DNA from: a virus
Direction: 5' to 3' (one strand)
Virus record (IMG/VR): IMGVR_UViG_3300045988_176431
Coordinates: 32,001-96,000 of that record
DNA length: 64,000 nucleotides
The translations under genes were made by a program, and so were the position numbers. Position 1 is the stretch's first letter. Each line of letters opens with the position of its first letter. The notes below the pieces were generated by a model that was given only the letters and a program-made list of their open reading frames with translations, was not told the DNA's origin and ran no database searches. Positions 57,632 through 64,000 of the stretch are shown piece by piece.

Positions 57632-59632
57632 GTGAAAACTTTGAAACTGAATTTAGATGATTATACAATGGAACATAAGAAGAAAATAAAAACAAATGGT
57701 CCGTTTATCAATCGAGAGTTGAGTTGGGTTGATTTTAACGAAAGAGTTTTATATTATTCCAGAGATAAATCTGTTCCGTTAAATGAGCGATTAAAGTTTT
57801 TGGCAATTACAGATAGTAATTTGAATGAGTTTATTTCGGTTCGATTCTCTTATGCAAAGAAAAATAAGGATATTGAACCTTATAAAGAGTTATTAGGAAA
57901 GATTAAGAACTTTATTGAATTACAGGGGGTATCTTATGATTTATTAAAGTATGATATGAAGAAGAAAGGATATGAAATCACAAAGATGTCAAAACTTGAT
58001 AAGAAAGAAATTCGTAAACTCGAGAAAGTTTTTACAAATGAAATCTTTCCTATCTTAACACCAATCTCAATGGGTACAACAAACAATGGAATTCGTGTTG
58101 AAAATGGACAACTTTGTATTGCTTGTTTACTAGAAGAGGGAAGTCGTACAGTTTTGAATATTATCCCAATTTCTAGTAAGTTAGACCAGTTTATTGTGAT
58201 TGATAATAAAAAGATTATCTTGATTGAAGATTTGATTGAATACTTCATTTCATCTATCTTCATTAATAAAAAGATTATTTCAAAAACCAGTTTCAAGATT
58301 ATCAAAGACCAAGATGTAGAATTAAGTCATGATACATCTAGGTTTATTCTTGACCGAATGATGCAGACTTTGACAAATCGTTCTTTATCAAAACCAATCT
58401 TTATGACGATTGATAAAAAAGCGAATGCATCATTAAAAGATTTAATTGTGAACACGTTACAAATTCCAAAGAATTGTGTAATGGAATCCAAAGTAGTGGA
58501 TTATACAAGATTTATGAGTAGTATTTTACCTGCTCTTCATAGTTATCGTCCATTCCAAGCAAATGGATTACAGGATGGAAATGAAATTCATTATTCAATC
58601 TTTAATATGTTAAAGAGTGAAGATATTTTATTACATCACCCATATGATGACTACAATACTGTGGTTAAGTTCATTGAACATGCTGCTTATGACCCAGATG
58701 TTTTAGCAATCAAACAAACTCTTTATAGAGTTTCTTCTTATGATAGCCCAATCATTAATGCTCTTTGTAATGCTGCAAAAAATGGAAAACATGTAGCTGT
58801 ATTAATTGAGATTAAAGCAAGATTTGATGAGTTGAATAATATCAAACTTATCTCGAAGTTAAAAGAAGCAGGCGTGATTGTTATTCTTGGTCTTGAGCAT
58901 TTGAAAACTCATTGTAAGATGTGTTTGGTAATCCGAGATGAAGAGGGTAAGAAAAAGATTTATTCTCATATTGGAACTGGAAACTATAACGAAAAGACAT
59001 CCAAAATTTATACTGATTTATCTTACTTTACAAGTAAACAAAAAATTGGTATGGATTTATTGAATGTCTTTAATATCATATCTGGTAATTCTGCTCCAGA
59101 TGAAAAATTACAAAAGATTGCATATTCGCCGGTTACATTAAGAAAGACATTGATTAAATGTATCAATCGAGAAATCGAACATGCAAAGAAGAAAAAGAAA
59201 GCAGAAATCTTTATCAAGGTAAATTCACTATCTGATCCAATCATGGTAAATAAACTATATGAAGCAGCTGATGCAGGTGTTGAAGTTTATATCATTTGTC
59301 GTGGTGTATGCTCTATTGTACCAAGAGATAATCTCTATGTAAAGAGTATCGTTGGACGTTTTTTAGAGCATTCAAGAATTTATTATTTTAAGAATAATAA
59401 ATCTTCAGAGTATTTTATTAGTTCTGCAGATTTACTTACACGAAATCTTGATAAACGTGTAGAAACTTTAGTATCTGTAAAAGATAGTAATGTGACTAAG
59501 AAACTGGATTGGATTATCAAAGTGATGAAAAAGGATGAGAGAAATTCATTTGTTATGAGAAAGAATGGAACTTTTTCAAAAGAGAAAGGAACATTTGATT
59601 CTCATGAATATATGATAAAGAATAAAGCATAA
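57632..59632 (+). CDS. ppk: polyphosphate kinase 1 (PPK1)
   Basis: N-terminal INRELSWVDFNERVL..PLNERLKFLAI..NLNEFISVRF. Matches to E. coli PPK motifs as I recall them: EIKARFDELNN..LKTHCKMCLVIR, GTGNYNEKTSKIYTDLSYFT and GRFLEHSRIYYF. The start is uncertain (GTG 57632, TTG 57641 or ATG 57668). Confidence 0.9.
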   Translation: MKTLKLNLDDYTMEHKKKIKTNGPFINRELSWVDFNERVLYYSRDKSVPLNERLKFLAITDSNLNEFISVRFSYAKKNKDIEPYKELLGKIKNFIELQGVSYDLLKYDMKKKGYEITKMSKLDKKEIRKLEKVFTNEIFPILTPISMGTTNNGIRVENGQLCIACLLEEGSRTVLNIIPISSKLDQFIVIDNKKIILIEDLIEYFISSIFINKKIISKTSFKIIKDQDVELSHDTSRFILDRMMQTLTNRSLSKPIFMTIDKKANASLKDLIVNTLQIPKNCVMESKVVDYTRFMSSILPALHSYRPFQANGLQDGNEIHYSIFNMLKSEDILLHHPYDDYNTVVKFIEHAAYDPDVLAIKQTLYRVSSYDSPIINALCNAAKNGKHVAVLIEIKARFDELNNIKLISKLKEAGVIVILGLEHLKTHCKMCLVIRDEEGKKKIYSHIGTGNYNEKTSKIYTDLSYFTSKQKIGMDLLNVFNIISGNSAPDEKLQKIAYSPVTLRKTLIKCINREIEHAKKKKKAEIFIKVNSLSDPIMVNKLYEAADAGVEVYIICRGVCSIVPRDNLYVKSIVGRFLEHSRIYYFKNNKSSEYFISSADLLTRNLDKRVETLVSVKDSNVTKKLDWIIKVMKKDERNSFVMRKNGTFSKEKGTFDSHEYMIKNKA

Positions 59633-59695
59633 GTATTAATAGGGTGGAATAATATTAAAAAAACAAATCGTCAAAATTACAAGGAGGACAAAAGT

Positions 59696-61414
59696 ATGAT
59701 AGCAAAGTTTAAAGCAACAATGTCTGGTTATGTAGTAATTAGTCATGAAGGTCTTGGGTTTGAGATAGAAGAGGGTTCTGAATATGAAGTTAGATTCAAT
59801 GGTCCAGTTATGCTTATTAATGGGTATGAATACGGAATAGATTTTTCTAATACATTCTTCATGTTCCATCAATTTGGTTACTTTGAAGGATTATATGTCT
59901 ATTATGTTGAATCTGATGCATCACCAGAAGATAATCTTTATATCGTAAAGAATGAAAATCCATATCATCGATTTATTTCTTTAGATAAAGTTTTTGCACC
60001 TTATGGTGTTTTTACATCTTGTATAAGTTCAAAAGATATTAATGAGAATGGACGGCTAAATTACAATGCAACGGCTATTTCATTCATATCTAAGACAAAC
60101 TTTACGATTGATGACTATCAGGTTATTCATAGTCAACCAAGTATATTAAATACCAGATTTAATTGTAATTATCATTATAATACAAGAGGTATTTATCATT
60201 TAAAAGAAGATGTTATTGTTACAACAGACGTTTTACGACAAAGAGGTTATATCAATAAATTTATGCCGAAAGGAAGTAAATATCATGTAGAACTTGAAAG
60301 TCTAAACCATGATTGTTGTAAATTATATATTGGAAATGGTTATGAATCTTATATTTTTAACATCCATGAACTTTTGGAATTTGGATATATTGATATTTTG
60401 GAAAGTTTCTATTATCCATGCAAAGAAACAGATTTATTGGAAAATTTGGATTCTTTGTTTTATAGAAAATATGGGGAGATTACGTTATATAAGAAAGCAG
60501 ATAACTTTAAATTACGTGAATGTAATTTCTCTAAGTTTGCAAATAAAACAGATTTAGAAACTATTAAACCATTAAAAGATTTATTGAGAGAGAATTATGT
60601 TTTGAATACAGATGATGAGTTTAATGAGGTTCAATTGTTGTTCTTATATTTATATTATGACAATAAATCTTACTGGCGTTCTTTATTTGAAACAAATGAT
60701 GAGTATAATCTTTTTAAGATTGGATTTAAACATTTTGCTCGTTTGACTGGTTCTATTAAAGAAACAGACGAAGCAATGGAACAAATTCTTCATTTGTACT
60801 TTATCTTGTTGAAGATAGTTCATGAAAAAGATTCAGTTAATATTACCATACGTGAAATTAGGAATGGTATATTTAACCATAAGATGACTCTTAATAATGG
60901 AACTATTGAGTTATCATTTCTTATTCCAAAACACACATTAGATTTTTCATATAAAGGAAAAGTTTATATGCAATTATCCATTGACCAAATTGAGAAACAA
61001 GAACATATCAAATGGATTGAACGTATTAAGAGTGCAAATACAGATTCCTTTATAAGAACTAGAGTCTATCAAAATGGTACATTCTTAAAGGAGTTAAGAG
61101 ATAATACTAGTAAAGTTAGAATCACGTATGATAGTAAAAACGAAGAATCAAATATTTTTGCTGGTGATAAACTTTATGCTAGTAGAAATAAGAATCATGA
61201 TACATTGATTCATTTCTATCGAGATATTCATGAAGGGATTGAAGAAAAAATCTACAATTCTCTTATGGAATTATTGTTTATAAGAGAACATGATTGTTCA
61301 GGAAGATCCGTTTATACAAAAAGCATTTTAACAGGTAAGGAACATTTTATGATTATTGATGAATCTGATATCGAAAAAGAAATGGAATCATATCAGAATT
61401 CATTAAGAGACTGA
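59696..61414 (+). CDS. hypothetical protein
   Basis: 572 aa with RBS AAGGAGGA. Confidence 0.75.
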   Translation: MIAKFKATMSGYVVISHEGLGFEIEEGSEYEVRFNGPVMLINGYEYGIDFSNTFFMFHQFGYFEGLYVYYVESDASPEDNLYIVKNENPYHRFISLDKVFAPYGVFTSCISSKDINENGRLNYNATAISFISKTNFTIDDYQVIHSQPSILNTRFNCNYHYNTRGIYHLKEDVIVTTDVLRQRGYINKFMPKGSKYHVELESLNHDCCKLYIGNGYESYIFNIHELLEFGYIDILESFYYPCKETDLLENLDSLFYRKYGEITLYKKADNFKLRECNFSKFANKTDLETIKPLKDLLRENYVLNTDDEFNEVQLLFLYLYYDNKSYWRSLFETNDEYNLFKIGFKHFARLTGSIKETDEAMEQILHLYFILLKIVHEKDSVNITIREIRNGIFNHKMTLNNGTIELSFLIPKHTLDFSYKGKVYMQLSIDQIEKQEHIKWIERIKSANTDSFIRTRVYQNGTFLKELRDNTSKVRITYDSKNEESNIFAGDKLYASRNKNHDTLIHFYRDIHEGIEEKIYNSLMELLFIREHDCSGRSVYTKSILTGKEHFMIIDESDIEKEMESYQNSLRD

Positions 61415-61449
61415 CAAATAATTAAATTCAAAAAAGGAGGACATAAATT

Positions 61450-61689
61450 ATGTCAAATAAATTTTTAGCAGCAAGAAGTAACATTGAAGACCTTTTAGAG
61501 CAGAAGAAAGAAATTATTCGAAAGTCTGCTGATTTAGTAGCAGCGGTTATGATTGAAGAAAATAATAAAGGAGAAACTAATATTAATGGTATTAAGACAG
61601 ATGTCCAGAAACTTTTAAAAGGTTTTTCCGAAGAAGAAAAAGTACAAATTTTAGAGATTGCTATGGCAAAATTAGTAGCCAATCTCTAA
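61450..61689 (+). CDS. hypothetical small protein
   Basis: RBS AAAGGAGG 8 nt upstream. Preferred over the antisense ORF 61428..61682. Confidence 0.7.
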   Translation: MSNKFLAARSNIEDLLEQKKEIIRKSADLVAAVMIEENNKGETNINGIKTDVQKLLKGFSEEEKVQILEIAMAKLVANL

Positions 61690-61697
61690 AATTAAGA

Positions 61698-61740
61698 ATT
61701 AAAGAGGTCAAACACTTTTGTTGGACCTCTTTAATTTTTT
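61698..61740 (+). terminator. intrinsic terminator
   Basis: Stem ATTAAAGAGGTC / GACCTCTTTAAT followed by a T6 run. Confidence 0.8.
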
Positions 61741-61764
61741 ATCATAATAGAAAGGAATTTAAAA

Positions 61765-63207
61765 ATGAAAAAGAATTTCTTTGTATATTCAACGAAGATT
61801 GAAGTTGTTCCTTATGATGAAGGAGATATTGAGGAATTAGAAAGAATGTGTTCTTACTATGATCCTCAGTTACATGCACGAATACCTGCTGGGTATTGCT
61901 TAACAGATAATAAAATAATTGTTCCAAGGGGATTAAACCTTGTGACTTTACAACGTTTAACAGGAAATATTCCTACACTTTGTCCAAATAATCATAAAGT
62001 GGCTCATATGAAATATCAGTATGAGATGAAAAAAACGCCAAGAGATATTTACCAAGAAAAAGCAATTCGATTTCTTTTAAGTGAAGGAGAATTTTCAAAA
62101 TATAAAAAATATAGCCAGTTTGGTTTGAACTTGGAGACTGGTTATGGAAAAACCTTTTGTATGATTTATTCTTTATTAAAGATGAATCAACGAGCCATTA
62201 TTATTCTTCATCAAGAGACGATTAAGAAACAATGGCTTGAAGCATTTGAAAATGATACAGATGTAGATATGGATAGAGTTTGTAATATCACAGGGTCTAA
62301 AGTAATAAAAGAAATTATGAATGGTGATAATGATTATGATATTTATCTTACTAACCATTCTAGTATTACATCATTTGCTTCAAAAGAAGGATGGGATGAA
62401 GTAACAAAATTATTTGAAATGATGGATGTTTCGGTGAAAGTATATGATGAAGCACATTTGTGTTTTAAAAATATTTTATATATTGACTTTTTTACAAATG
62501 TGGAAAGAAATTATTATTTAACAGCAACTTTTGAACGTTCTGACCCAAAAGAGATTGCATTATTCAAAAGAGTATTTGCTAATACAGTAAGATTTGGTGA
62601 AGAAATTCATAAAAGAAAGCATGTTATTTATAACTTCTTATTTTATAATTCAAATCCATCAGGAAAAGATCAATATTCTATTAAAACACCTAGAGGTGTT
62701 TCTTCTTATAAATTTGCTGATTATGCATTCAAAAGAGATCCTTATCATAGTTTAGAAGGAGCCATTTATAAAACATTAAATGAATGCATTAAAATAGAAG
62801 GAAAAACCGGAATTGTTGTTCCTAAGATTGAAAATGTAATATTTTTGGAAGAAGAGATTCAGAAGAGATATCCGAAGTTTAAAGTAGGAAGTATCTTTTC
62901 TAAGAATTCAAAAGAAGAAAATGAGATTGTAAAAAAAGATTGTGATATCATTATAAGTACGATTAAAAGTTTTGGAACAGGTAGTGATATTAAAGGACTT
63001 AGAAATCTGATTATTGCAGAACCTCATTCTTCACGTACAATTAGTAATCAGTTAATTGGACGTTTACGAGAATATTCACCAACAGATGACACTTATGTTT
63101 ACGAATTAGTTGATAGTGGACTTCGTTTGTTACAAGGAATGATAACAAGAAGATATCCTACTATTAAGAATAAATGTAAAGAAATTCATCAATCTGTTAT
63201 AAAATAA
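61765..63207 (+). CDS. SF2 DEAH-box helicase
   Basis: Motif I ETGYGKTF, motif II VYDEAHLCF, motif III TATFER, and C-terminal helicase motifs GTGSDIKGL and QLIGRLRE. Confidence 0.8.
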   Translation: MKKNFFVYSTKIEVVPYDEGDIEELERMCSYYDPQLHARIPAGYCLTDNKIIVPRGLNLVTLQRLTGNIPTLCPNNHKVAHMKYQYEMKKTPRDIYQEKAIRFLLSEGEFSKYKKYSQFGLNLETGYGKTFCMIYSLLKMNQRAIIILHQETIKKQWLEAFENDTDVDMDRVCNITGSKVIKEIMNGDNDYDIYLTNHSSITSFASKEGWDEVTKLFEMMDVSVKVYDEAHLCFKNILYIDFFTNVERNYYLTATFERSDPKEIALFKRVFANTVRFGEEIHKRKHVIYNFLFYNSNPSGKDQYSIKTPRGVSSYKFADYAFKRDPYHSLEGAIYKTLNECIKIEGKTGIVVPKIENVIFLEEEIQKRYPKFKVGSIFSKNSKEENEIVKKDCDIIISTIKSFGTGSDIKGLRNLIIAEPHSSRTISNQLIGRLREYSPTDDTYVYELVDSGLRLLQGMITRRYPTIKNKCKEIHQSVIK

Positions 63208-63220
63208 AGGAGGCTTAAAT

Positions 63221-64000
63221 ATGAGAATGATAGAAAAACTAGATTATTATCATTATAAATCGATACTACACTTGAATTTTACTCAATGTCTTGGAATATT
63301 ATTATATATAAATGATGTTATATTAGATATTATAGCAGAAAAAATTACTTCTGTATACCTAAAAAAAGATGAATGTTATGAGTTTTATCATGATAAAGAA
63401 TTGATGGGAAAAATAAATGATAGATTATCTGAAATTTCATCTCTTTATCCTGGTTTAAAAATAGCATTATCCGAATATGATATAACTCACGGTATTAATG
63501 ATACCATAAACATTGAAAAAAGTTGGTATGGGATGTTAAAAACATGTTCATTAACACTAAATATTCAAGTAGGTAACTATATTATGACTACATGTTTTAC
63601 TTATTCTAATAATGGTATTTTCCCAGATGATAATTTTTATAAAGTTCCAGTTTTAGTAACAAGTGAATTTAACTATGAAGATATTGATTATGTGAGCATT
63701 TTTAAATTTCAATACAAATTAGATACCATAATCGGTATCAATAAGTATATTCAAGATAATCAGAGTCAAGAAATTTCATATGATAAAATTTCTGAGGAGA
63801 TTAAAGAATATTATGGTAATATAAAAGAACAAAATAAATTATTTAATAAAATTGCGTCATTTATTTCTAATACAAAATCATATACTTTAGATTCTTATAA
63901 TAAAGGAATTATGATTTTTAAAATATATGAATCTCCTGCTGAATATCAGAACTATTTTCGAGAAGCAGATTATATTAGTGATTGTAAAACTTTCACAGAA
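63221..64000 (+). CDS. hypothetical protein, 3' end outside window
   Basis: RBS AAAGGAGG 8 nt upstream of ATG 63221. The frame is open for all 260 codons to the window edge. It is absent from the ORF track because no stop codon is reached. Confidence 0.7.
   Translation, partial: MRMIEKLDYYHYKSILHLNFTQCLGILLYINDVILDIIAEKITSVYLKKDECYEFYHDKELMGKINDRLSEISSLYPGLKIALSEYDITHGINDTINIEKSWYGMLKTCSLTLNIQVGNYIMTTCFTYSNNGIFPDDNFYKVPVLVTSEFNYEDIDYVSIFKFQYKLDTIIGINKYIQDNQSQEISYDKISEEIKEYYGNIKEQNKLFNKIASFISNTKSYTLDSYNKGIMIFKIYESPAEYQNYFREADYISDCKTFTE

Noticed and set aside
1-64000. An alternative genetic code (stop-codon reassignment), as seen in some large gut phages.
   Set aside because: Long uninterrupted ORFs with conserved motifs are obtained with the standard code. 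The only in-gene stops are explained by the introns.
1-64000. tRNA, tmRNA or rRNA genes.
   Set aside because: I found no cloverleaf-compatible segment with a GTTCGAATC-type T-arm in the intergenic regions. This was a scan by eye only, so tRNAscan-SE should confirm it.

Overview
This AT-rich window looks like part of a large (jumbo-type) tailed-phage genome in the standard genetic code. Genes are tightly packed, most have AGGAGG-like RBSs, and many units end in perfect-stem hairpin terminators. Recognisable genes are a tubulin/FtsZ-family GTPase, a GyrB/GyrA-like type IIA topoisomerase pair, an SF1 Dda/RecD-like helicase, a zinc-finger/TOPRIM primase and a large terminase. There are also an AAA+ ATPase, a RecA/UvsX-like recombinase, an SbcC/Rad50-like ATPase, an SF2 DEAH helicase and a PemK/MazF-like fusion protein. 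A full-length polyphosphate kinase 1 is present too. Several genes encode fragments of multisubunit RNA polymerase: one long beta-like gene, separate beta-N and beta-C half genes, and a beta-prime C-terminal half gene. This arrangement resembles phiKZ-like and AR9/PBS1-like phages. The dominant signal is a family of eight closely related group I introns, about 5.1 kb or roughly 8% of the window. They interrupt the topoisomerase B gene, the terminase (minus strand), and four RNA polymerase genes, with three introns in the beta-N gene alone. Two introns carry intact HNH homing endonuclease genes, one carries a decayed remnant, and five are ORF-less. I placed the splice sites by hand from P1 (terminal U-G) and P10 pairings and from restoration of conserved protein motifs across the junctions. 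Other points worth a second look are listed here. A promoter-to-terminator unit of about 250 nt has conspicuous secondary structure and no ORF. A 13-mer, TTATATATTATTT, recurs in at least seven intergenic regions, all on the plus strand. A ~360-bp direct repeat carries a small glycine-zipper/acidic-tail membrane gene and occurs twice, 24 kb apart. A 330-nt non-coding gap contains long inverted repeats. I found no tRNA genes, rRNA genes or CRISPR arrays. All family assignments rest on motifs read by eye; no database search was run.
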